Shown: piece after piece, positions 20,612 to 30,072 of the stretch
Numbering within the stretch: position 1 is the first letter of the stretch
Layout: each line of letters begins with the position of its first letter
DNA from: an uncultured Chloroflexia bacterium
GTDB lineage: Bacteria; Chloroflexota; Limnocylindria; Limnocylindrales; CSP1-4
Assembly: GCA_963801445.1 (NCBI GenBank)
Contig: CAWDEW010000010.1
Location: forward strand, 21,338-85,337
Direction: 5' to 3'
DNA length: 64,000 nt
Notes under the pieces: model-generated
What the model was told of the DNA's origin: nothing
Databases searched by the model: none
Seen by the model: the letters and a program-made list of their open reading frames with translations, nothing else
Made by a program: the position numbers and the translations under genes

Positions 20612-21283
20612 TCAGGCGCCGGGCGCGAGCTCCCACGGCGACTGGCCGGGCGCGGCAAGGTGCGACGTGTCGTTCGCGACGAGGAGCCGCCCGTCCTCGA
20701 CCGCGGTCGCCGTCGGCCAGCGGATCACCGTGAGGTTGGCCTGGCCCTGGGCGAAGCGGCGCCGGTAGTCGGCCACGTCCACGCCCATCGCAACGCACAG
20801 GAGCACCCGGTTGAACGTGCTGTGGGCGACGGCCAGCACGACCAGCTCCTCGGCGCCCGCCGGGGCCGCCCACTCGATCAGGTCGGACAGGAAGCCGCCG
20901 GCCCGGGTCGCGACGTCGTCGCCGGACTCGCCCCCGGGGCAGGCGTTCGTGGCCGGGTCCGCGACCCAGCGGGCGCGGCGGGCCGCGTCGCTTGCCTCGA
21001 TCTCCTCGTAGGTGCGACCCTCCCAGCGGCCGTAGTCCATCTCCACCAGGCGGGGGTCCAGCTCGACTCGCCGGCCACCGGCCACCGCGGCCGCCGTCTG
21101 GCGCGCGCGGAGGAGCGGGCTGGCGATGATCCGGTCGAATCGCTCGGCGCCGATCCGGCCGCCAAGCGCGGCGGCCTGTGCGACACCGGCGGCCGACAGG
21201 CCGATGTCGATGCCCTGGCCGAGGTGCTGCTCGGGATTCGAGCGGTCCGTGAGGCCGTGCCTGGTGAGGACGAGGGTCAGCAT
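20612..21283 (-). CDS. Histidine phosphatase (phosphoglycerate mutase-like) family protein
   Basis: LTRHG, SPLLRARQTA, EMDYGRWEG, LAVAH. Confidence 0.9.
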   Translation of the reverse strand: MLTLVLTRHGLTDRSNPEQHLGQGIDIGLSAAGVAQAAALGGRIGAERFDRIIASPLLRARQTAAAVAGGRRVELDPRLVEMDYGRWEGRTYEEIEASDAARRARWVADPATNACPGGESGDDVATRAGGFLSDLIEWAAPAGAEELVVLAVAHSTFNRVLLCVAMGVDVADYRRRFAQGQANLTVIRWPTATAVEDGRLLVANDTSHLAAPGQSPWELAPGA

Positions 21284-21377
21284 CGAGTGGACCATACTCC
21301 CCGGTGATGGGACAATCCATGCGACCGGGAAGCGCGGCCCGGGCCGCCACCGGGCGCGCATCCGCGACGAGGATTCG

Positions 21378-21617
21378 ATGAGCGAGACGACCCACGGGAC
21401 CGCGGCCAGCGGGCCACACGCGGAGGACCATGACGGCGGCGTGCGGCACGCGGCGGGCCCCGCTGACGCGCATGCGGACGCGGGCGACGTCCACGGCGCC
21501 CATGGCCCGGCGGAGGCCCTCGGGCCGATCGACTGGCGCGCCTGGGGCGCCGGCATCCTCGGGATCGCGGCCGGGCTGGCGGTGGCCGGAGCGCTGTTCC
21601 TGTCGACGCGGACCTAG
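21378..21617 (+). CDS. Small membrane protein with His/Asp-rich N-terminus
   Basis: 79 aa; polar His-rich arm then IDWRAWG plus one TM helix. Confidence 0.6.
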   Translation: MSETTHGTAASGPHAEDHDGGVRHAAGPADAHADAGDVHGAHGPAEALGPIDWRAWGAGILGIAAGLAVAGALFLSTRT

Positions 21618-21622
21618 ACCGC

Positions 21623-22160
21623 ATGCCGCGGACGCGCTTCGGCCCGAACAACACGGCGGCCAGCGCGTTCCTCGAGGCGCTCGAGCGCGTCAACACGCCC
21701 GAGCTGGTCTCGCTGGCCGCCGCCGGCGGGGGCAGCGTGGGCACGGCCCCCGACGATCCGTTCGTGACGCAGCGGGCAGAGCTGCGGGACAACCTGCGCG
21801 AGATCGCGGTTGCCGCGGGACGGCTGGATGCGATCCGCGAGATGGGCGACGAGGTCCAGCTGTGGGCCGGCAGCGCCCATCACTGGTTCCCGGCCGGGAT
21901 CGCCGGGAGCCAGGACCTGGCCGAGGGGCTGGGCCCGCGGATGGCCGCCCTGCAGATCGTCCTGGACGCCGCCTACGCGGTGGTCCTGGCCGACCAGCTC
22001 CACGACGACGAGATGGACCTGCTCCTGGGGCCGTGGCGCGAGGTCGTCGGAGACCCATTCACGACATCGACGGCGCGGGACCGCGAACAGGAGCACGAAG
22101 GCGAAACCGATCAGGATCGCGCCGCGGACGACGACCGCCGCCCCGACGAGATCCGACTAG
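21623..22160 (+). CDS. Hypothetical protein; own stop codon not found in frame (3' end uncertain)
   Basis: Coding-like codon usage to about 22055, then the frame runs antisense into fhs; an indel near 22060 is suspected. Confidence 0.5.
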
Positions 22161-23863
22161 AAGAGCCCGACGACGTTCCCGTTCGCGTCGAGATCGATGT
22201 TCTCGCCGCCGGGACGCGAGGGCAGGCCCGGCATCGTCCGCATCTCGCCGCACAGCGGGGTGAGGAACCCGGCCCCGGCCCGGAGCTGGACGTCCCGGAT
22301 CGGCAGCCGGAACCCGCGCGGCCGGCCCTTGAGCGCCGGGTCGTGGCTGAGGCTGTACTGGGTCTTGGCCATGCAGACCGGCAGGTTCCCGAAGCCGAGG
22401 TCCGTGTAGAGGGCGAGCGCCTTGGTGGCCGCCGGCAGCTCGTCCACCCCGGTCGCGCCGTAGATGCGCACGGCGATCGCCTCGATCTTGTCGCGCAGGG
22501 GCAGGTCGTCCGGGTAGAGCAGCTCGAAGCGGGCCTCCCCGCTGGTCGCAGCGTCCCAGACGGCGCGGGCGAGGGACTCGGCGCCCCGGCCGCCCTCCGC
22601 GAAATGGGTGGCCACGACGGCATCGCGGGCGCCGGCCTCGAGGGACACCTGGCGGACCGCCTCGACCTCGGCGTCCGTGTCGGTCGGGAAGCTGTTGATG
22701 CAGACGACGACCGGGACGCCGTAGGTGCGCACGATCTCGATGTGCGCGGCGAGGTTCGCGGCGCCACGCCGGACCGCCTCGACGTTCTCGGTCAGCAGCC
22801 CCGGGTCGAGCGGCTTGCCGGCCACGATCCTGCCGACCCCGCCGTGCATCTTGAGGGCCCGGATGGTGGCCACCACGACGGCCGCATCGGGCGCCAGGCC
22901 CGACGCCCGGCACTTGATGTCGAAGAACTTCTCGGCGCCCATGTCGGCCCCGAAGCCGGCTTCGGTGCACACGATGTCGTGGGTCGCGAGGGCGAGCCGG
23001 TCGGCCAGGATCGAGCTGTTGCCGTGGGCGATGTTGGCGAACGGACCGCAGTGGACGAAGGCCGCGCCGCCCTCGAGGGTCTGGAGCAGGTTCGGCTTGA
23101 GGGCGTCGCGCAGGAGGACGGCCATGGAGCCCGCGACGCGCAGGTCCTCGGTGGTCACCGGCTTGCCATCGCGGGTCGTGGCCAGGACGGCGCGCCCCAG
23201 GCGGGCCCGGAGGTCCGGCAGGCTCGAGGCGAGGGCGAGGATCGCCATCACCTCGGAGGCGACCGTGATCTGCCACTCGGTCTCGCGGGGAAGGCCGTTC
23301 TCGCGGCCGCCGAGGCCCACGATCGCGCGCCGGAGGGCCCGGTCGCTGATGTCGACGACCCGCGGCCAGAGCACGCCCAGGGGATCGATCCCCAGCGGGT
23401 TCCGGTGGTGGAGGCTGTTGTCGAGGAAGGCCGCGGCGAGGTTGTGGGCGGCCCCGATCGCGTGGACGTCGCCGGTCAGGTGGAGGTTGAAGTCCTCCAT
23501 CGGGATGACCTGGGAGTAGCCGCCGCCCGCGGCGCCGCCCTTGATCCCGAAGACCGGGCCGAGGGATGGCTGGCGGATCGTGGCCGCGGCCCGATGCCCG
23601 ATCCGGTTGAGGCCCTGGGTCAGGCCGATCGTGGTGGTCGTCTTGCCCTCGCCGAGGGGCGTGGGCGTGATGGCGGTGACCAGGACGTACTTGCCGACGG
23701 GCCGTGCCGCGCCGAGGCGTTCGATGGCGGCGAGGGTGACCTTGGCCTTGGTCGGTCCGTAGAGCTCCAGCTCCTCGGGCCCGATCCCGATCTCCGACGC
23801 CACCTCCCCGATGGGCCGGGGAGTGACGGAGCGGGCGATCTCGAGGTCGGAGGGGAAGCTCAT
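22157..23863 (-). CDS. fhs: Formate--tetrahydrofolate ligase
   Basis: TPLGEGKTTT, IKGGAAGGG, GPFANIAHGN, TEAGFGADMGAEKF, MAKTQYS. Confidence 0.98.
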   Translation of the reverse strand: MSFPSDLEIARSVTPRPIGEVASEIGIGPEELELYGPTKAKVTLAAIERLGAARPVGKYVLVTAITPTPLGEGKTTTTIGLTQGLNRIGHRAAATIRQPSLGPVFGIKGGAAGGGYSQVIPMEDFNLHLTGDVHAIGAAHNLAAAFLDNSLHHRNPLGIDPLGVLWPRVVDISDRALRRAIVGLGGRENGLPRETEWQITVASEVMAILALASSLPDLRARLGRAVLATTRDGKPVTTEDLRVAGSMAVLLRDALKPNLLQTLEGGAAFVHCGPFANIAHGNSSILADRLALATHDIVCTEAGFGADMGAEKFFDIKCRASGLAPDAAVVVATIRALKMHGGVGRIVAGKPLDPGLLTENVEAVRRGAANLAAHIEIVRTYGVPVVVCINSFPTDTDAEVEAVRQVSLEAGARDAVVATHFAEGGRGAESLARAVWDAATSGEARFELLYPDDLPLRDKIEAIAVRIYGATGVDELPAATKALALYTDLGFGNLPVCMAKTQYSLSHDPALKGRPRGFRLPIRDVQLRAGAGFLTPLCGEMRTMPGLPSRPGGENIDLDANGNVVGLF

Positions 23864-24789
23864 CGGGATGCCTCCACGCCGCGCGGGGCGGCGAGCGAGC
23901 GGGTGCCGAGGGCGAGGGTGCCCGCGGCCTGGTTGCGGGCAGCCCGCACGAGATGGGTGAGCAGGATCGCGTTGGTCAGCGGCCCCACGCCGCCCGGCAC
24001 CGGCGTGATCGCCGACGCCACGCGGGCGGCAGACTCGAAGTCGACGTCGCCGACGAGGCGACCATCGCGCACGTTGATCCCGACGTCGACCACGATGGCA
24101 CCCGGGGCGAGCATCTCGCCCGTGATCAATCCGGGGTGGCCGGCGGCGACAACCACGATCTCCGCTTCGCGCACCTGGCGGGCAAGGTCCACCGTGCGGG
24201 AATGGCAGATCGTGACGGTCGCGTGCTCCCGCAGCAGGAGGAGCGCAGCCGGCTTGCCCACCACGTTGCTGCGCCCCACGACGACGGCACGCTTGCCCGC
24301 CAGCGTGATCCCGGAGCGCAGCAGGATCTCGACCGCGGCGTGGGCGGTGGCCGGGAGGAACCCTTCGTAGCCGAGGGCCAGGAGCCCCGCGTTGAGCGGG
24401 TGGATCCCATCCACGTCCTTGGCGGGATCGAGCACGTCGATGACGGCCCGGAGCGGGATCCCGGCCGGGAGGGGCATCTGGACGATGATCCCGGCAACCT
24501 CCGGGTCCGCGTTCAGGGCGGCGACGGCGGCGGAGACATCGTCCGCCCGCGCCTGTTCGGGCATCTCCACCAGGCGATCGGTGATCCCGACCGTGCGGCA
24601 GCCGTCGAGGATCTTGTGCAGGTAGACCGTTGACGGCGCGTCGCGCCCCACGATCACGACGGCCAGGGCGGGGGCCCGACCATGCTCGGCCCGGAACGCG
24701 GCCACGTCCTGCGCGACCGAGGCGCGGACCTCGGTCGCGATCGGGCCGCCGCGCAGCAGGCGCGGCCCGTCGTCGGTGAGGAGCGTCAC
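23860..24789 (-). CDS. folD: Bifunctional methylene-THF dehydrogenase/methenyl-THF cyclohydrolase
   Basis: KDVDG, VGRSNVVGKP, DVGIN, PVPGGVGPLT; GTGA overlap. Confidence 0.95.
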   Translation of the reverse strand: MTLLTDDGPRLLRGGPIATEVRASVAQDVAAFRAEHGRAPALAVVIVGRDAPSTVYLHKILDGCRTVGITDRLVEMPEQARADDVSAAVAALNADPEVAGIIVQMPLPAGIPLRAVIDVLDPAKDVDGIHPLNAGLLALGYEGFLPATAHAAVEILLRSGITLAGKRAVVVGRSNVVGKPAALLLLREHATVTICHSRTVDLARQVREAEIVVVAAGHPGLITGEMLAPGAIVVDVGINVRDGRLVGDVDFESAARVASAITPVPGGVGPLTNAILLTHLVRAARNQAAGTLALGTRSLAAPRGVEASR

Positions 24790-25493
24790 GACGCCGCGCC
24801 GCCCGAACCGCCGCCGGACCGGGGCGCCGGGGGGACCTCCGGCTCGCGCGGCTCGCCCGCCTCGACGTAGGCGCGGCACGATTCCGCGAGCGCCTCGACC
24901 TCGGCGAGCAGGTCGCCGACCCGCCCCGTCATCGTCTCCGCGAGCGCGGGATCCCCGAGCGAAGGCAGGTTGACCAGGACGTTCTCGGCTGCGCCGTGCG
25001 CCGCAGCCTCGACGAGCCGGGAGGCGACGGCGAGGTCGCTCGCGGCGTTCCGGTTGCTGCGTCCGGCCAGTGCCTCCGCCGCCGCGACCACGTCCCGGCA
25101 TGCCTCGAGCGTGGCCAGGGGGACCTCGGCCGCGATCCGCGCGGCGGCCCGGATGGCGGCCGCTCGGGCGACCTTCTCGTCGTCGGTCGTCCGAGGCAGC
25201 TTCATCGCCGCGGCGAACGTCCCGTAGGCGGCCGAATCCTCGTCGGCGAGGGCGAGGAGAGCGGCCGCGAGCGCCCGTCCCTCTGCTCCGTGCCGGAGGT
25301 GGCTCTCGGCATGGAGCGCGTAGGCGGGGCGATCGGCGGAGAGTGCTGCGACCATCGCCACCAGGCCGGCGCCGAGCGCGGCAGCCACAGCAGACGCGCT
25401 CCCCCCGCCGGGGACCGGTTCGGCGGAGGCCAGGCGATCGACGAACGCGTCGAGCGTGAGCGACCCGAAGCGGGTCGATTCGAGATCAGGCAT
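24786..25493 (-). CDS. Formiminotetrahydrofolate cyclodeaminase/cyclohydrolase family protein
   Basis: LASAEPVPGGGSASA, DEDSAAY, NAASD, NVLVNL. Confidence 0.9.
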   Translation of the reverse strand: MPDLESTRFGSLTLDAFVDRLASAEPVPGGGSASAVAAALGAGLVAMVAALSADRPAYALHAESHLRHGAEGRALAAALLALADEDSAAYGTFAAAMKLPRTTDDEKVARAAAIRAAARIAAEVPLATLEACRDVVAAAEALAGRSNRNAASDLAVASRLVEAAAHGAAENVLVNLPSLGDPALAETMTGRVGDLLAEVEALAESCRAYVEAGEPREPEVPPAPRSGGGSGGAAS

Positions 25494-25790
25494 GGACCGA
25501 TTGTAGGAGGCGCGCGGCGCCCGGACAGCACCTCGGCGCCGCGCGGCCGCCGATCGAAGAGGTGGCCGGGCCCGGGACGGATGCAGTACCGGTGCGGCCG
25601 TCCCGGGCCCGAGGGGCGCCCGCCGGGGAGGAACGACGGGCGCGGGAACGTTGGCTGTTCGAGAGGACCGGCACCGCACCGTCCGCCTGCGCCCCCGCGC
25701 GCATCCGGGCCACGCGACCGTCCGACGTCCGGGCGGCAGGTCGACGCCGGGCGCGCCCGTCATCGGGCGCGACGCCGGGCGATCGCGACC

Positions 25791-26060
25791 TCAGGCGGCC
25801 CGCGCCACCTCGTCGCGCCCGATGACGATCCAGCGACGGCTGCGATGCCGGAACGTGAGGGCCAGGCGGACGTCGGCCGTGTCGACCTCGAACGTCGTGC
25901 GAGGTCCGGTCTCGACCGGATAGGCGGCTGTCTCCCGGCGGACGGCCGCGATCTTCGTGACGTGGAGGACCTGCTCGCCCCAGAGGATCTCCCGGGGACG
26001 TCCCGTGAGCCAGTTGGTCCGAACGCGGACCTCGACCGGCTCGAGGCGGGTCATTGCCAT
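25791..26060 (-). CDS. Small (about 88 aa) beta-rich protein, DUF6504-like, under a LexA-boxed promoter
   Basis: GRPREILWGEQVLHV...RWIV pattern; directly downstream of dinB; two SOS boxes upstream. Confidence 0.65.
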   Translation of the reverse strand: MAMTRLEPVEVRVRTNWLTGRPREILWGEQVLHVTKIAAVRRETAAYPVETGPRTTFEVDTADVRLALTFRHRSRRWIVIGRDEVARAA

Positions 26061-26113
26061 GATCGACGGCTCCTTTCGGTGGCTTCGCCGTCTCCCGGGG
26101 CACCACGGAGACA

Positions 26114-26166
26114 GAACGCGTGTTCGATTGGTTCGGATCGTAGATCGAACGCCTGTTCTGTGTCAA
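26114..26166 (-). promoter_or_regulatory. Sigma70-type promoter TTGACA-18-TACGAT with two LexA boxes
   Basis: GAAC-GCGT-GTTC at 26114-26125, GAAC-GCCT-GTTC at 26147-26158, -35 (tgtcaa on +) at 26161-26166. Confidence 0.85.
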
Positions 26167-26223
26167 CCCCACCCCCGGCGCTCGATGCGTGCACGATCGA
26201 GCCGCCCAGTGACAGCTACCCTG

Positions 26224-27525
26224 TCACGCCTCGTCGGGGTCGCGAGAGCCGGCATCCCCATCGTCGATCCCGTCGCGCTCCCCGGGCCGATCCGGGCTCG
26301 CCCCGGGCCTGGCCCGCCCCACGCGCCGGCCCTCGAGCGGCTGCATGGGGTCGCGCCCGGCCGCCCGGAGCGGGAGGTCCAGGAGTCGCGCGCGGGTCAC
26401 GGCCCGCTCCCCGAAGCGGCGGCGGAGCACGTCGGTCGCCTCTGTCGCCCGACGCAGCCGGTCGTCGTCCGGGGCGAACAGCCCGAGCTGGCCCGGCTCA
26501 CCCAGGCCGTGCACGCCGACGCCGACGAGGCGGATCCGCTTGCCGCGGACCTCCGGGCGGACCAGGTCGAGCGCCGTCCGCCAGATCGGGTCGGCGAGAT
26601 CCGTCGGCTCGCGGAGGGTCCGCTGGCGGGTCACCGTCCGGAAGGTGGAGTCGCGCACCTTGACCTGGACGGTGGAGCCGCGGACGCCGCCGGCCCGCAG
26701 GCGCGAGGCCACGCCTTCGGCGAGGGCGAGGAGCGTCCGCTCGATCACCTCCGGATCGCTGGTGTCCACGTCGAACGTGTGCTCATGGCTGACCGACTTG
26801 GCGGCCGCGTCGATGCCGACCGGCGTCGGGTCGATCCCGCGCGCCCGATCGACGAGCGTCCCCCCGTGCTGGCCGAGGCGGCGCACGAGGAGGGCCGGGT
26901 CGAGCCGGGCGAGGTCGCCGATCGTCGCGACCCCGTACTCCGCGAGCACCGCCCTGGTCTGGCCCCCGACGCCCCACAGCCGGGAGATCGGCAGCGGGGC
27001 CAGGAACGCCTCCTCGGTGCCGGGCGGGACGACGACGAGGCCATCCGGCTTGCGCAGGTCCGAGGCGATCTTCGCGACGAGCCTGGTGGTCGCGACGCCG
27101 ACGGACGCCGTCAGGCCGACGCTGTCGCGGACCTCGCGCCTGATCCGCCGGGCGATCTCCTCCGGGGACCCGAAGAGCGCCTCGGATCCGGCGACGTCGA
27201 GGAACGCCTCGTCGATCGAGACCTGCTCCACGAGCGGGGTGAAGCGGCGCAGGACGTCCATCACGCGCCGGCTGTCGCGCCGGTACTTCGCCCCGTCGAC
27301 GGGCAGGAAGACGCCAGCCGGGCAGAGGGCCGCAGCGGTCCGGAGCGGCATCGCGGAATGGACGCCGAAGCGGCGAGCTTCGTAGCTGGCCGCGCTCACC
27401 ACGCCCCGCGCGCCGGGGTCGCCGCCCACGATCACGGGACGCCCGCGGAGCTCCGGCCGGTCGCGCTGCTCCACGCTCGCGAAGAACGCGTCGAGATCGA
27501 CATGGAGGATGGTGGCGCCGTGCAC
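26224..27525 (-). CDS. dinB: DNA polymerase IV (Y family)
   Basis: ILHVDLDAFFASVEQ, SAASYEAR, SIDEAFLD, SDLRKPDG. Confidence 0.96.
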   Translation of the reverse strand: MHGATILHVDLDAFFASVEQRDRPELRGRPVIVGGDPGARGVVSAASYEARRFGVHSAMPLRTAAALCPAGVFLPVDGAKYRRDSRRVMDVLRRFTPLVEQVSIDEAFLDVAGSEALFGSPEEIARRIRREVRDSVGLTASVGVATTRLVAKIASDLRKPDGLVVVPPGTEEAFLAPLPISRLWGVGGQTRAVLAEYGVATIGDLARLDPALLVRRLGQHGGTLVDRARGIDPTPVGIDAAAKSVSHEHTFDVDTSDPEVIERTLLALAEGVASRLRAGGVRGSTVQVKVRDSTFRTVTRQRTLREPTDLADPIWRTALDLVRPEVRGKRIRLVGVGVHGLGEPGQLGLFAPDDDRLRRATEATDVLRRRFGERAVTRARLLDLPLRAAGRDPMQPLEGRRVGRARPGASPDRPGERDGIDDGDAGSRDPDEA

Positions 27526-27643
27526 GACGCCATCATCGCCCGCCGGGCACGCCCGCAGCGATCGGTTCGGTCGCGGGAGCCACGTCCCGCAGGGGCCTGC
27601 CCGACCAGGCCGGCAGGCCCGCCGGGCAACGGCGTTGAGTCGA

Positions 27644-28090
27644 TCAGCCCTTCGGCTCGACGATCACGGTGACCTCCGGCGTCATGCCCGAGTACACCTT
27701 CACCGCGACCTTGTACGTGCCCAGGGCCTTGAGCGGCTGATCCAGGTCGATCTTGTGCTTGTCGACCGTGATGCCGCGGCGGCCGAGCGCGTCGGCGATG
27801 TCCTGGGTCGTGATCGAGCCGTAGAGCTTGCCGCCGTCGCCCACCTTGACACCCATCGTGAGGGTCGTGGACGCGACGCGATTCGCCGCGATCTCGGCTT
27901 CACCGCGCTCGCGCTTGCGCTTCTCCTCGCGGTTCGCGATGTCGTGCTGCCAGGCGCGATAGGCGCCCCCGGACGCGGGCACGGCGAGACTCTGGGCGAT
28001 CAGGTAGTTGCGGGCGAAGCCGTCGGCGACATCCTTGAGCTCACCGCTCTTGCCGACCTTCGGAACGTCGCTCGTCAGAATGACCTTCAC
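27644..28090 (-). CDS. rplI: 50S ribosomal protein L9
   Basis: MKVIL..DV..VGK.G....VADGFARNYL, KLYGSIT. Confidence 0.97.
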   Translation of the reverse strand: MKVILTSDVPKVGKSGELKDVADGFARNYLIAQSLAVPASGGAYRAWQHDIANREEKRKRERGEAEIAANRVASTTLTMGVKVGDGGKLYGSITTQDIADALGRRGITVDKHKIDLDQPLKALGTYKVAVKVYSGMTPEVTVIVEPKG

Positions 28091-28629
28091 GCGGGGGAAC
28101 CCTCCTTGGTGATCCAGGCCCGCAGCCGGTGTCCCAGGGCCAGCTCGCGCGTCACGCGGCCGGCGGCATCCACCGTGGCGGGGAGTCGTTTGATGATCCG
28201 GCGGACCGGGCGGGGCACGGAGCGCCGTACGCGGACGCGATCCTCGTCGAACGCGGCGCGGGGGATGCCGATGGCCTCGAGCTTCTCGTCCAGCAGCGCC
28301 TCGGGCACGCCGGCGAGGAACAGCTCGAGCCCGATCACGGCGACGACGACGTCGTCCAGGACTCCCAGCAGCGGGATCCGATCCGGGATCAGGTCCAGTG
28401 GCGAGAGCGCATATCCGACGACGCCTGCGAGGAGCGCCTTTCGAGCGGCCGGGACGCGGGCGTCAGCCAGCAGCTCGACCGCCAGCCGGGCGTACGCAGG
28501 CAGTCGGCCGGCGATCGGCAGGAGGGCGAGCGCGGTGAGCGAGCGTCCGACGAGCACGGCCCGGCTGCTCCGCCGACCCTTCCTCACCGTCCGCTCCGTT
28601 CCGGCGTGCCGCCGGTCCTGAAGTCCCAT
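28087..28629 (-). CDS. YkvA/DUF1232 family membrane protein
   Basis: YALSPLDLIPDRIPLLGVLDD. Confidence 0.85.
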   Translation of the reverse strand: MGLQDRRHAGTERTVRKGRRSSRAVLVGRSLTALALLPIAGRLPAYARLAVELLADARVPAARKALLAGVVGYALSPLDLIPDRIPLLGVLDDVVVAVIGLELFLAGVPEALLDEKLEAIGIPRAAFDEDRVRVRRSVPRPVRRIIKRLPATVDAAGRVTRELALGHRLRAWITKEGSPA

Positions 28630-28846
28630 CCGCCGCGTGGATCCTCGCTGGGTCCGGTCCGCCGGACGCGTGCGCACGCGAGGGGAACCAGAACGCCGAG
28701 TGTACCAGCCCGGCGCCCGGCGCCGACATCGCCTCGCCGGGCGCGCGCCGACCGGCCAGGACGGCCACGGCGGCGGAGCGGACCCGCGTGGCGGTACGAG
28801 GACGCGCGCAGGCGCGGACAATCGCCGGAGCGCACGCGACGGCAGG

Positions 28847-29269
28847 TCAGGCCGTCGCGCCGGAGGCGATCGCCCCGTGCGCCGGGCTGTCGCGGAGCGC
28901 CTGCTCGATCGCGTCCGCGAGACGGGCCCCGGTCGGCCGTCCAACCAGCGGCGTGACCCCATGGCACCCGGCCGTCTCGATCCAGGACGGCTCCATGCCG
29001 CTCGCCACGAGCACGATCGGGACATCCGGGTGCATCTCGCGCATCCCCTCGACGAGCGCCCGGGCGCCGTCGGGCTCGCCGGTCATGAACGCGTCGTAGA
29101 CGAGGACGTCCGCCTGCTCCGCGAGCTCGCAGGGGAGGCCCGAGAGGATCGGGCAGCGGGCGCCGATCGGGCCGAGGCACTGGCGCGCGTCGTACCCCCT
29201 CCGCCGCAAGCTGTCGACTTCCTGGTCACAGAGGTCGATGTCGTGGTGGACGACAAGGACGCGGGTCAA
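28847..29269 (-). CDS. Atypical stand-alone receiver-like domain with Cys insert
   Basis: RVLVVHHD, DVLVYD, PDVPIVLV pattern; TTG start with GGAGG; divergent from lexA. Confidence 0.6.
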   Translation of the reverse strand: MTRVLVVHHDIDLCDQEVDSLRRRGYDARQCLGPIGARCPILSGLPCELAEQADVLVYDAFMTGEPDGARALVEGMREMHPDVPIVLVASGMEPSWIETAGCHGVTPLVGRPTGARLADAIEQALRDSPAHGAIASGATA

Positions 29270-29362
29270 CGCTGCACCTCCTGGGCTGGAGTGGTCTGCG
29301 GATCGTCACCCCGTCCGGCCCGCCGCGACAGTGCCGAAGGGCACGACGGCTCCCGCTTCGTC

Positions 29363-29391
29363 TTGACAATCGAACACCCGTTCTGTACAGT
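29363..29391 (+). promoter_or_regulatory. lexA promoter TTGACA-17-TACAGT with LexA box in the spacer
   Basis: TTGACA 29363-29368, GAAC-ACCC-GTTC 29372-29383, TACAGT 29386-29391. Confidence 0.9.
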
Positions 29392-29420
29392 CCCGGCAAC
29401 GGCCCGGAAAGGAGCGTCAC

Positions 29421-30071
29421 GTGACCAGGCACGACGCGGAGCGCAAGCGCAGGATCCTCGACTACATCGCGGCCATGATCCGGGCGACCGGCGTGCCGCC
29501 GTCTGTCCGGGAGATCGCACGCGCCGTCGGCCTCGCCTCCACGTCGGCGGTCCATCACCACCTCCGGGCTCTCGAGGAGGACGGCTACCTGGAACGGGGC
29601 GCGGCCCAGTCGCGCATGATCCGCCTCACTCCCAAGTCCGCGCTGTTGATGGGCCTCTCGTCGGAGCTGACGCCCCAGGGGATGGCATCCGAGGCGCACA
29701 TGCTCCCGGTGATCGGCGAGATCGCCGCAGGCGGGCCAATCGAGGCCTACCAGAACCCCGAGGAATACCAGGCGATCCCGGACCTGCTGGCTCCTTCGGG
29801 CGACGCCTACCTCCTCCGCGTCCGCGGCGACTCCATGATCGAGGCCCACATCGCCGACGGTGACTACGTCGTCATCCGCCCGCAGCAGACCGCCCGGAAC
29901 GGGGACATCGTGGTCGCCCAGGTCGAGGAGAACGCGGTCACGCTGAAGCGGTTCTTCCGGGAGGAAGGGAAGGTTCGCCTGCAACCCGCGAACCCCGCCT
30001 ACCCGCCCCAGTTCTACGACGACGTGCGCGTCCAGGGCAAGCTGATCGGGGTCATCCGCCGGCTCGACTGA
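29421..30071 (+). CDS. lexA: SOS repressor LexA
   Basis: PPSVREIA wHTH, IAAG cleavage site, GDSM (Ser), TLKRF (Lys). Confidence 0.97.
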   Translation: MTRHDAERKRRILDYIAAMIRATGVPPSVREIARAVGLASTSAVHHHLRALEEDGYLERGAAQSRMIRLTPKSALLMGLSSELTPQGMASEAHMLPVIGEIAAGGPIEAYQNPEEYQAIPDLLAPSGDAYLLRVRGDSMIEAHIADGDYVVIRPQQTARNGDIVVAQVEENAVTLKRFFREEGKVRLQPANPAYPPQFYDDVRVQGKLIGVIRRLD

Positions 30072-30072
30072 G

